Positions 48,200-57,619 of a stretch of DNA of 64,000 nt are shown here, in pieces. Position 1 is the first letter of the stretch; every line of letters starts with the position of its first letter. The translations under genes and the position numbers were made by a program. The notes under the pieces were generated by a model that was not told where the DNA came from, ran no database searches, and saw nothing but the letters and a program-made list of their open reading frames with translations. This DNA is from a virus: the IMG/VR virus record IMGVR_UViG_3300032524_000070. One strand, written 5' to 3'.

Positions 48200-49033
48200 A
48201 TGAGAATCCTCGTTGACCTGCGAAGCCACCTGTCGGATGCACCGGAGATCATCCAGGTGCAGCGGGTTCCCGTGGAAGGCTCCGCTGGTGGCGAGACCAT
48301 CAACGGGAAGTACGCCCTCCCGGTCCCGTTGAACATGGAGTTCCCCATCGACGGGACGAACTACATCCTCGACGGGGCGGGGAACATCGACGGCGGCGAC
48401 GTGGTGAGCATGGGCTACGCCCACCTCCTGGCTCTCTACCTGCCCTTCGAGAACATCTACTTCAACCCGCTGCTGACCAGCGACCATGTAGGCGAGCTGG
48501 TCCTCGACCAGTCCTTCCACTTCACCGACCGCAGCGTCTCGCCCCCCGTCCAGTTCTTCCCCCGGTTCCAGACGGGCCGCGAGGAGGGCGTCGCCGACGA
48601 CGGTCAGATGCCCACGCACACGGCGATGATGCCCGCGAACGACACGGTGACCCCGGAGCGGCCAGGGCTCATCATCACGGAGCCCATTGACATCGGGCCG
48701 TTCACGCTCGACTGCGACGACGTGCCAGTGGGTGCCGACGAGTTCATGGTCTTCTGGAAGCTCTACAACTTCACGGTCGGCCAGGATGTCGCGGCTGATG
48801 CAGGACTGCTGGCGGGCACGAACGCCCCGGCGGCACGGCTGCTGGAGGAGACGCCCCAGGAGCCGGACGACCTCTCGGTCTTCATCAGCACCGACAATGG
48901 CGCGAACTGGTGTCAAGTCGGCCTGTTGGAGCCCATCGCCTTCTGCGACAAGACGACATCGGTGCGACTGGCGTTCATGAACGACTCGCTCACGAACAAG
49001 CTCTTCCTCGCCAGCTTCGCGCTGCTGTTCTGA
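48200..49033 (+). CDS. Acidic virion-associated hypothetical protein (277 aa)
   Basis: High GC3 ORF in the structural cluster; VFISTDNGANW (Asp-box-like) near the C-terminus. Confidence 0.65.
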   Translation: MRILVDLRSHLSDAPEIIQVQRVPVEGSAGGETINGKYALPVPLNMEFPIDGTNYILDGAGNIDGGDVVSMGYAHLLALYLPFENIYFNPLLTSDHVGELVLDQSFHFTDRSVSPPVQFFPRFQTGREEGVADDGQMPTHTAMMPANDTVTPERPGLIITEPIDIGPFTLDCDDVPVGADEFMVFWKLYNFTVGQDVAADAGLLAGTNAPAARLLEETPQEPDDLSVFISTDNGANWCQVGLLEPIAFCDKTTSVRLAFMNDSLTNKLFLASFALLF

Positions 49034-49043
49034 AGGTAGGAAA

Positions 49044-49814
49044 ATGGCACTCGACCACGGACAACTACGCCGCATCTCCGCCGCCGCTGACAAGCGGCGG
49101 TCGGTGGAGCGTCGTGCCGCCGTGGGTCGGATGAAGGAGAAGCCCTGTGCAGACTGCGAGACGGCCTATCCTTTCTTCGTCATGGACTTCGACCACCGGG
49201 ACCCGAGCACCAAGGATTTCACCATCAGCAGGGTGGTGACCCGGCTGGCATGGGACAAGCTCGTGGCCGAGATCGAGAAGTGCGATGTCGTATGCGTCAA
49301 CTGCCACCGTTTGCGAACGTGGGCACCGCCCACGAACCGGTCGGCCCGGCAGCGACTTCTGATTGACCTCAAGGCGACCCCCTGTGCGGATTGCAAGGGG
49401 GAGTTCCACTACTGCCAGATGGACTTCGACCACGTTCGGGGTGAAAAGCTCGGTCAGGTGCCCAAGAGGGGCACCGCACAGGCCATCAAGGCTGAGGCCG
49501 CCAAGTGCGATGTGGTCTGCGCGAATTGCCATCGAGTGCGTTCACAGGCCGCCGCCAAGGGGTCTGCCCGGTTGGTTCCTGCGGACATCGACATGGTGTG
49601 GAAGCAGCGCAGTAGCAAGACTCCGCAGACGAAGCTGCGGAAGACCACACGGCCTTGGCACAGCCTCGCCGGAATGATGCCGGATGGTGCTCTTGCAGCC
49701 CGCCACGGGATCACCCGGAACGCCATCAGGAACTACCGGAAAAAGATGAAGATCGAACCGTTCACACGCCAGGGCGTGCGACCCGATCTCAAGGAGGTGC
49801 GCTGTGGCGCTTGA
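49044..49814 (+). mobile_element. Tandem double-HNH endonuclease with C-terminal HTH, fused to the captured start of the downstream gene
   Basis: Two copies of PCADC...MDFDH...KCDVVC.NCHR.R, then a C-terminal DGALAARHGITRNAIRNYRKK (HTH). Begins MALDHG like 49804. Confidence 0.85.
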
Positions 49815-52800
49815 TCATGGAACTGGCGTCTCTCGGACCTTGAGCCCTCTCGACAGGGCTTACGCTTCGGTCATCTGGCAGAAGGGCAAGCCGCCCCTCG
49901 ACGCAGAGCTGAACCTCATGTCCTCGCTGGACCAGGAGCGGCTGCGGGAGTACGTCGCGGGCCTGATGCCCTCCGGGTTCTTGATGGACCCGACCCGCTC
50001 CGAGTTCGACTTCCGGTTCGACCCCAAGTGGGTCAACCACTTCCACCTCGGCGTGCCTCGGTCTGCCACGGGCAGCCTCGACGCAGACGAGACGCAGCCG
50101 GTCGTGTGGGCCAACGTCAACGGCTGGATGGTCCCGGTCGCTGGAACGGACATCACGGGCACGGCTGATGTCCACAACGTCGTCAAGCTCTACCCCGCCC
50201 CCGGCTCCGATACCCGCGTGGACTTCGTGTTCCTGGAGGTCTGGAACTCCCTGGTCCAGCCGAATCCCTCGACGCTGAACAAGCCCACGGCTTCGACCGT
50301 CTGGAAGTACGGCAACGTCAAGCACGGCGGCACGAACATCACGGACGACCTCGAAGATCCGACCATCGGCTTCGAGACCAGCAAGCGAGTACAGGTCCAG
50401 TACCGCATCCGCGTCTACGGACAGGGCCTCGGCGGTGGGGCCAGCGTGAACCTCGCTGTCCACCCGGACGGCTTCGGTGACCCGAACATCCTCGGTCGGG
50501 GGGCCAACGCGAGTGCCCCCGTCGCCGGGATGCAGTGGGCCAACATGCGAGAGCAGCTCGGTGACCCCTCCCTGTGGCGAGCAGGCGACGGCGACCCGAA
50601 CAACGCTCTGGGCACCATCGACGGCTACACCTACGCCATCCCGATCTGCGCGGTCTTCCGCCGGAGCCGGGAGACCTACGTCGCCATCAAGACCAGCGGC
50701 AACCCCACGCAGAACGGGGCGACCCTCCGCACGCCGGGCGTCTACCTGCTGGTCGATCCCCTGACGGGTGCCGTGCCCCTGCTCCAGGCGTCGCTCGGGG
50801 CGGCTCTGGGGCCGGACGACGGCAAGCTGGCCCCCTTCACCATCGCGGTCACGAACATCAACGGCTCCGGGCTGGAAGACACGGCCCACACGCTGTCGAG
50901 CATCTACCTCCAGATCGAGGATGAGATCGTCGGCATCTCGGCGGTGGACCTGGTGGGCAACACCATCACCATCCCGGCAGGTGGCCGTGGGCGGTGGGGT
51001 ACGGCTGCTGTGGGGCACGCGACGGCGACCCCCATCAACCAGTTCAACACCCGCCCGGACGGCCTGTACGCCGACCAGGTGGCCTCTCAGGACGTGCTGG
51101 ACCTCCGCAGGGCGGTGAACCCGGGCGACTGGGACTACAACCGTCTGCTGGCCCACAACGTCGCAGCTCTGGCCAAGGGCACCCTCCGTACCGCGTGGAA
51201 GGAGAGCAACCCCGGTGACACAGAGGGTCCGGTCGTCCATGAAGTCGTGGACATGTACGCCGGGGACGAGACGCACCCGAACCACACCGACGCGGCGGAC
51301 GGCTCTGATGGCATCCGCACGGTCTGGTCGGATGGGGCGACCATCCAGTCGGACGTGACGCTCCTCCTCAAGCACGACGCCACCCGCGACGCGGACGGCA
51401 TGGTCGGCTTCACGAACACCGGCTTCGATGCCCTGGTCGAGTGGGATGTGGGGGCGAGCTTCAACCCCATCGGTTTCTTGAACACGGGCGGCCTGGCGAC
51501 GGGCTGGTACAACGGCTCGTCGGTCCACCTGTTCATCGGCGGGACCACGGGCGAGCTGGGTGCAAGGGCGACCTTCCGTGCCGCCAACGTGCGGGACGTG
51601 CGCTTCGTCACACCGGGCGAATACTGGAAGACGGGTTACCCGGTCGTGGACCCGACCACGGGCAACCAGCACCCGGTATCCCTCCGGTTCCTGGGCGAGA
51701 AGAGCACGGTGGCACCGCCGTCTGCTCTGGCCGCAGCCGACAAGCTCATCGCCCCCGGCCCGCAGTACCCGTGGCGGGAGGGGTCGTTCGAGCGACCCTT
51801 CATCGTGCTGGGTGGCCTGCTCCACAGCAACCTGCGGATCACTGCTCTCGATGTCAGCAACCTGACTTCGGCGGTCGATGTCTACGGCACGACCCGCTAC
51901 TACCTCGACCTGACGGGCAAGGGCTTCGACTTCGACGCGGCTGGTGGGTTCAACAACGCCAGCGGTGGCGTCTTCCCGAACGACCCCGCGCAGGTGGCGA
52001 CTCCGTTCCTGCGGGGTGAGCGCACCTTCTTCGGGATGCTGACCGACGACGGTCGGGACCAGACGGGGGCCTCCTCTGAGGTCTACCTGATGACCTTCGG
52101 TGACCCCACGGGCCGCAACAACAACGGTGCCTTCCGGGTCATCGGTGCCGGGACGGTGGGCTACACCAACGTCCCTGGCATCAACGCCGGGACGCTGGTG
52201 CTGGAGCCGCTTTCGGGGGACTTCACCGGCTGGTCGGCCACGGGCTCGGGCAACGAGATCACGGTCGATTTCCGGTCGCAGTACCACAACGCGGACGACA
52301 TCTCGACCTACGCAGCTCGCATCGCCGACCTGGCCATCGTGCTGACCGACATCGGTGGCGAGTCTGGTGACGGAACGCCGTGGGACCTGGCGAACGTCGG
52401 GACCAACGCTCTGGATCAGGCGGGCGGCTTCTACTACGCCCCGAGCAAGATGGTCCTCTCGACCACGCTGCTCTACCACCCCGGTCGGTCAGCGGCGACG
52501 CGAGTGCCGGACGAGTTCGTGCGGTTCGCCATGCGGGGCGGTTCGGAAGAAACGCTCGGGACGTACCTGCGACGGTCGCCGTCGAGCATCGACACGACCT
52601 TCTCGGCCATCGGGACGGCAACAGACGAGACGTACTGGCCGACCATCCACGTCGGCACGTGGAACAGGCTCTCCGGCCTCGGCTGGCACGCCCCCCTCGC
52701 ACCGGCCTACGGCGGCTCCGTGGTGGGCTTCACAGAGCAGGACCGCGAAGCTGAGTGCTTCGTGGACCGTGGCAGCAAGACGGCCATCTTCCGTCCGTTC

Positions 52801-55800
52801 CGCAACCGGGACATGACGCTCCAGGCGTTGACCTGGCCGGACCCGGAGATCCCCGCAGGGAGCTGCCTGCTCGGCCCGTACCTGTACCCGGCCCCCGACT
52901 CGTCGGAGAAGGATGCTCTCCAGATCCTCACCGGCAACAACGGAGCCCCGCACGGCACGACGGGCAAGCGGATGGGCTTCATGGTCCCCCGCGAGTTCAT
53001 GCCGCGCTTCGGGCGGCAGGACATCCCGTACCGCCAGCTCAACACGGGCACGGCCCCCACGGCTGCCGGGTTCATGCCGGGCATCAACCACCTGTTCACC
53101 GATGTCACCGACCTGACCAACCCGGTGTTCAACATCATCGGTGGCGAGCGGAACGCCGGAGGTGCGGAGGTCAACTCCCTGTTCATGGTGACGCGAGCCA
53201 GCGAGATCGTGTACGCCCACGGCAACAGCAGCTACGGCCCGAAGAACATCGGTGCCTACGGTGCTCGCAAGACGACCGACATCAACCCGGCTCTCGGGCC
53301 GAACTCCGCTGCCGTCGTCGCTGCGCTGCGGGCGGTCAACTCGTCGGACCTGGGCCGGGGGCTCAAGGGCATCCAGCTCCCGCCCTACATGGGCATCGCC
53401 CGGCTGTACGGCGTCTACGAGCTGGCGGACTACACGGCCAAGGGTGGCACGGCCTTCAAGGTCAACCGCTACGAGATGGAAGCGGCTCCGGTGTCGATCA
53501 ACCTCATCCGCGAGGATGCCGACCAGCAGACGCTCTTCATCCTCCAGGACGGTGCTCTGGACCTCACGGGTGCAGCGGGTGACCACACCTACATCATCCC
53601 GTCGAACGTGCTCGACCTGGCTCGCATCCCGACCTTCGTGGCCGGGGACGCTTTCGAGGACTACGACTACGTGGTCGAGGCGACGGTCTTCTTCTTCGCT
53701 CGGGGCTTCATCAACGAGAACAACGTGGTCCTCGTGCGGAAGCGGGACGGCTCCTACGCCCTCAACACCGATGGGGACGATGCGGAGCTGGAGAACGTGC
53801 CGATGTGCATCCCGTCTCCGGCGGGCATCAACGACCGGCTCTACAACGCCTACAACCGCACCGTCTACCAGGGTGACCCCTACATGACGCGGGACGGCTC
53901 GACCCGGCAGGAGGCCGACTACGAGAACCGCTACGGGCGGCTCACCCCCGGCCAGGCGTGGCTCCTCCGCACGGCAGTCCAGCAGTTCGACTCGGCGGGC
54001 AACTTCGTCCCGCAGATGGACAACGAGCGTGGCTTCGAGGTGCTCGCCTCGATGGACTTCTACACGACGCTCGGCACGGGCAAGGTCGGCGGGATGCTGT
54101 TCCCCGGCACCCCGCTCGACGTGGGGCACATCTCCGACACGCTGCTGGCCTCCAGCCGGATGCCGCTGACGGAGACGGCCAACGACTGGCGGATCGACGT
54201 GCGGGCCTTCACCGAAGGCCAGAAGATGAACCCCAGCCGGGCAGCGGCGTCGGTGGAGGTGTTGAGCAACCTCTCGATGCTCAACGCGGTCACCAACGAC
54301 GACACCTTCTTCGTGCGGTTCATCCTGCTCGACGACAGCGTGGTGACCCTCTACGGCTCGACGGCGGCCTTCGTCGCCACCCTGACGGGTGGCCCGAACA
54401 ACGTCCCGGCGGGCGACATCTTCGTCCTGGACGAGACGAGCAGCCACCGGGAGCTGACGGACCAGTTCAGCCCCATCGGGGTCCTCAACGACGGGACTCT
54501 CTCGTCGGCGACGGTCGCCCTGGTGGGTGCCAAGGTCGGTGACGCGGTGACGGTCAACCCGGACGCGATGGTGAACGGGGCCTTGATCTACGGCTTCGTC
54601 CCGGCTGCCGACCAGGTCACCATCGTCGTCCAGAACATCAACCCGGACATCCCGTTCACCTCCCTGAGTGATCACGACAGCATCAAGCCGATCACCGTCA
54701 CGGCGGCTGACCTCGGTGGTGTTGCAGTCCCGGCAAACGACAGCACGGCAACCGCCGAGGCATTCGTCGGGGCGGCAGTCGGGGATGCCGTGGTCGTGAA
54801 CCCCCCGGCGGGTCTGGCAGCGGGTCTGATCGTCACGGCAGACACGGTGACGGTGGCCGACCAGGTGACCCTCCGCGTCCACAACGTCACGGCGGCTCCC
54901 ATCGCGTGGGGTGCTGACCGGGTGCTCGACGTGGCCGTGCTGAAGGACCATCCCCAGGGCTCCATCGACATGAGCCTCGTCAACTTCGACGTGCGGGTCA
55001 GCCAGACGGTGGGGACGGAAGACGGGACCGCTGACAACCTCGTGGCCGTCATCAACGCCAACACCAAGCTGTTCCGCTCGGTCACGGCCTTCAACGACGG
55101 AACCCCCAAGGTCCAGATCGCAGCGGTCCCGACCGGAGCCGAGGGCAACGGCATCCGGGTCCAGGTCGGCAAGGTGTCCTGGGGTGCCACGGTCGGAACG
55201 GCACCACTGCTGGTGCAGCAGACCCTCCAGATCGCTGTCCCGCACGACAACATGGTGGTCACCCCCCACGTCACCTCCAGTTTCTTGCTGGGTGGCCTCG
55301 ACGTGCCGGTGAACGCGGGCATCGGGACGAGCCAGATGGCTCTGACCGGCATGACGGAGCGGCTGCCTCTCGGGGTGCTCGTCCAGGACAGCGACTTCCT
55401 GTGCGAGAATCCCCTCGGTGACGCGGCTTCGGCCATGAACTCCAGCCCGGCTCCGCTGCGGCCCATCCAGACGCTCATGCCGCTCATCGGCGGCGAGGAG
55501 TACAGCCGATTCATGGGTGCTCCCGGAGAGCTGCTGGCCCTGGCCGACGTGCAGATCGCCCCGAACTCCTGGGCGGCCTGGACCGACACGGCACCGGACG
55601 GTGCGACCCGGAAGTTCCGCATCTACCGGGGCGGTGGTGCTGCCTACGTGCTCTCCGGGGACAACCCCGGCGGCCCCATCGACTGGGTGAGCGAGAGCTT
55701 CCCGAAGTCGGCACAGCCGGTGCTCAAGGGCGGCGTGCTGGCCTGCAAGGCGATGCTCGTCCGCAACTACTACGAGGAGGCGTTCGCTGGTGGGAGCCTC

Positions 55801-56052
55801 GCAGCCCCGAGCCAGGGCGACGAGATCCAGATGGTCATCCTGACCCACGCCCACCTCGGCGATGGGCTGACGGTGCTCAACGGTGTGACCCTCGACGGCA
55901 TCATCTCCCCCAGCGGGTACGGCGAGGGCTACTCGGCAGCCGACCGCTACCGCTGCATGGGGCGGCCGATGTTCCGTGGGTACAGTCGCGTGATCCCCGA
56001 TCCGGTCACCGTCACGCTGGCGGTGTACCCGGAGAACCAGCGGGGAACCTGA
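49804..56052 (+). CDS. Large virion protein (2082 aa), DUF4815-like N-terminus; paralog of 35105
   Basis: GTG start with AAGGAGG RBS inside the HNH 3' end. GKPPLDAELNL, FLEVWN, YGNV, QVQYRIR, GTIDGYTYAIP and RPDG...VLDLRR. Confidence 0.8.
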   Translation: MALDHGTGVSRTLSPLDRAYASVIWQKGKPPLDAELNLMSSLDQERLREYVAGLMPSGFLMDPTRSEFDFRFDPKWVNHFHLGVPRSATGSLDADETQPVVWANVNGWMVPVAGTDITGTADVHNVVKLYPAPGSDTRVDFVFLEVWNSLVQPNPSTLNKPTASTVWKYGNVKHGGTNITDDLEDPTIGFETSKRVQVQYRIRVYGQGLGGGASVNLAVHPDGFGDPNILGRGANASAPVAGMQWANMREQLGDPSLWRAGDGDPNNALGTIDGYTYAIPICAVFRRSRETYVAIKTSGNPTQNGATLRTPGVYLLVDPLTGAVPLLQASLGAALGPDDGKLAPFTIAVTNINGSGLEDTAHTLSSIYLQIEDEIVGISAVDLVGNTITIPAGGRGRWGTAAVGHATATPINQFNTRPDGLYADQVASQDVLDLRRAVNPGDWDYNRLLAHNVAALAKGTLRTAWKESNPGDTEGPVVHEVVDMYAGDETHPNHTDAADGSDGIRTVWSDGATIQSDVTLLLKHDATRDADGMVGFTNTGFDALVEWDVGASFNPIGFLNTGGLATGWYNGSSVHLFIGGTTGELGARATFRAANVRDVRFVTPGEYWKTGYPVVDPTTGNQHPVSLRFLGEKSTVAPPSALAAADKLIAPGPQYPWREGSFERPFIVLGGLLHSNLRITALDVSNLTSAVDVYGTTRYYLDLTGKGFDFDAAGGFNNASGGVFPNDPAQVATPFLRGERTFFGMLTDDGRDQTGASSEVYLMTFGDPTGRNNNGAFRVIGAGTVGYTNVPGINAGTLVLEPLSGDFTGWSATGSGNEITVDFRSQYHNADDISTYAARIADLAIVLTDIGGESGDGTPWDLANVGTNALDQAGGFYYAPSKMVLSTTLLYHPGRSAATRVPDEFVRFAMRGGSEETLGTYLRRSPSSIDTTFSAIGTATDETYWPTIHVGTWNRLSGLGWHAPLAPAYGGSVVGFTEQDREAECFVDRGSKTAIFRPFRNRDMTLQALTWPDPEIPAGSCLLGPYLYPAPDSSEKDALQILTGNNGAPHGTTGKRMGFMVPREFMPRFGRQDIPYRQLNTGTAPTAAGFMPGINHLFTDVTDLTNPVFNIIGGERNAGGAEVNSLFMVTRASEIVYAHGNSSYGPKNIGAYGARKTTDINPALGPNSAAVVAALRAVNSSDLGRGLKGIQLPPYMGIARLYGVYELADYTAKGGTAFKVNRYEMEAAPVSINLIREDADQQTLFILQDGALDLTGAAGDHTYIIPSNVLDLARIPTFVAGDAFEDYDYVVEATVFFFARGFINENNVVLVRKRDGSYALNTDGDDAELENVPMCIPSPAGINDRLYNAYNRTVYQGDPYMTRDGSTRQEADYENRYGRLTPGQAWLLRTAVQQFDSAGNFVPQMDNERGFEVLASMDFYTTLGTGKVGGMLFPGTPLDVGHISDTLLASSRMPLTETANDWRIDVRAFTEGQKMNPSRAAASVEVLSNLSMLNAVTNDDTFFVRFILLDDSVVTLYGSTAAFVATLTGGPNNVPAGDIFVLDETSSHRELTDQFSPIGVLNDGTLSSATVALVGAKVGDAVTVNPDAMVNGALIYGFVPAADQVTIVVQNINPDIPFTSLSDHDSIKPITVTAADLGGVAVPANDSTATAEAFVGAAVGDAVVVNPPAGLAAGLIVTADTVTVADQVTLRVHNVTAAPIAWGADRVLDVAVLKDHPQGSIDMSLVNFDVRVSQTVGTEDGTADNLVAVINANTKLFRSVTAFNDGTPKVQIAAVPTGAEGNGIRVQVGKVSWGATVGTAPLLVQQTLQIAVPHDNMVVTPHVTSSFLLGGLDVPVNAGIGTSQMALTGMTERLPLGVLVQDSDFLCENPLGDAASAMNSSPAPLRPIQTLMPLIGGEEYSRFMGAPGELLALADVQIAPNSWAAWTDTAPDGATRKFRIYRGGGAAYVLSGDNPGGPIDWVSESFPKSAQPVLKGGVLACKAMLVRNYYEEAFAGGSLAAPSQGDEIQMVILTHAHLGDGLTVLNGVTLDGIISPSGYGEGYSAADRYRCMGRPMFRGYSRVIPDPVTVTLAVYPENQRGT

Positions 56053-56058
56053 TAGCCC

Positions 56059-56397
56059 ATGCCCTTCCTGAACCGACGAGACATCGCCCTCAAGACGAGG
56101 ACGCAGGCTGAGAAGGACTACCGGATGCAGCTCCGGTCGGCCCTCTCAACCCCTGGCCTGCCTGCTTCACAGCGGGCAGAGATCAACCGTCGCTTGAAGA
56201 ATGTGGGCCAGCCCCGCGTGTACGACGCCGACTCACCACCCCCTCCCGGGGCCATCGAGTTCACTACCCCGGAGGTCGCCACGGAAGCGTCCCTGAAGGG
56301 TCTGACGAAAGCAGCTCTGGTTGCGCTAGCTGGAGGGCGGGGACTCCCCACCTCCGGTACAAAGGCCATCCTGGTCGAGCGTTTGCTGGGTCGCTGA
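56059..56397 (+). CDS. Small basic protein with C-terminal SAP/HeH-like nucleic-acid-binding motif
   Basis: LKGLTKAALVALAGGRGLPTSGTKAILVERL matches the SAP consensus. Confidence 0.7.
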   Translation: MPFLNRRDIALKTRTQAEKDYRMQLRSALSTPGLPASQRAEINRRLKNVGQPRVYDADSPPPPGAIEFTTPEVATEASLKGLTKAALVALAGGRGLPTSGTKAILVERLLGR

Positions 56398-56412
56398 ACC
56401 AAGGAGGCAGCC

Positions 56413-56934
56413 ATGCGCTACCTGACACTGATCGTGCTTGCTCTGTCGCTGACCATCGCGGTCCCCGTGTTCGCCCTCGTCGATCTCGGCGGGGAAGTCG
56501 AGGCCGGAGACGATGACTCGTCCATCCCGGAGGCCCCGGAAGCTCCCGAGGCCGATGAGGTTGCCCCGGACGACGATGACTCGGCAGTCGTCACCCTCCC
56601 GGACACCGACGAAGAGGCCATGCTGCTCATCAGCAAGCTGCTCGACGCGGCCAACAACGGTCACTGGACCGTGTTCGCGGGTCTCCTGATCCTGCTCCTG
56701 GTCTTCGGCATGAACCGCCTGGGCCTCGCAGCCAAGATCGGCGGCAAGTGGGTTCCTTGGGTCACACTCGGGACGGGTGCTGCTGTCGCCATCGCCATCG
56801 GCCTGGCCACGGGTGCTCCGGTAGGCGAGTCCATCGTCGCCGGGCTCCTCGAAGGCACCGTCGCCATCGCTCTGTGGGAGCTGCTCGCCAAGCACGTCAC
56901 GGCGAAGAAGGCGGACGGCACCGCTCGCACCTAG
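56413..56934 (+). CDS. Membrane protein, holin-like (signal-peptide-like N-terminus, acidic linker, ~3 TM helices)
   Basis: AAGGAGG RBS. Hydrophobic N-terminal segment, D/E/P-rich linker, three hydrophobic stretches and a basic C-terminus. Confidence 0.6.
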   Translation: MRYLTLIVLALSLTIAVPVFALVDLGGEVEAGDDDSSIPEAPEAPEADEVAPDDDDSAVVTLPDTDEEAMLLISKLLDAANNGHWTVFAGLLILLLVFGMNRLGLAAKIGGKWVPWVTLGTGAAVAIAIGLATGAPVGESIVAGLLEGTVAIALWELLAKHVTAKKADGTART

Positions 56935-56953
56935 TTCCCTGGGGGTCCACTCG

Positions 56954-57603
56954 ATGTTGGACAGGCTGGCAACGGCTCCGGCCCTCACTGTCATCGAGTG
57001 GGCCTTTCAGACCTACGGCGATCAGCTCGCCGTGTCCACGGCGTTCGGTCCATCAGGGATCGTCCTGCTGGACATCATCAGCAAGGTCCAGCCCGGAGCA
57101 GCCGTTTTCTTTGTGGACACGGGGTTCCACTTCCCCGAAACGCTGACCCTGCTCGACCGAGCCCGCAGTCACTTCGACCTCGACCTTCAGGTGGTTCACC
57201 CGGCGGTCGAGGTCGCTGCTGATCTGAACGTCCTGTTTCCTGACCGTTGCTGTGCTCTTCGGAAGGTGGCCGCGACGTGGGCTGCCCTCGCAGGCAAGCC
57301 CGCATGGATGACGGCTCTTCGCCGTGACCAGGGCCGACTCGTGCTGACATCAAGGTGGTCGAGCCCCAGGTCGTGAACAACGCCGGGGTGGTCAAGATCA
57401 GCCCCATGGCGTCATGGACTCGTGAGGAGGTGTGGCAGTACATCAGGGCGAGCAACTTGCCCTACAACGAGCTGCACGACCGGGGCTACCCCTCGGTCGG
57501 TTGTGCTCCCTGTACGTCTCCTGTTGCCAGCACGGCAGCAGAGCGGTCAGGACGGTGGGCTGGCTGCGGCAAGAGCGAGTGCGGGATGCACACGGGCAGC
57601 TAG
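56954..57603 (+). pseudogene. cysH: APS/PAPS reductase (CysH family), split by an apparent 1-nt deletion at ~57333-57335
   Basis: STAFG, FVDTGFHFPET, CCALRKV and W.TALRRDQ are in one frame. KISPMASWT.EEVW.YI, PYNELHDRGYPSVGCAPCT, ERSGRW and KSECGMH are in the other. Adding one C gives ...RRDQGPTRADIKVVE.... Confidence 0.85.
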
Positions 57604-57619
57604 TCCATCTGGGTCGCCA

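Noticed and set aside
4573-55854. Many long minus-strand ORFs (e.g. 4573-6564, 12905-15214, 30384-32768, 35708-38629, 44173-46920, 52489-55854)
   Set aside because: Antisense shadows of high-GC3 + strand genes; the translations are R/G/V/D-rich with no recognisable motifs.
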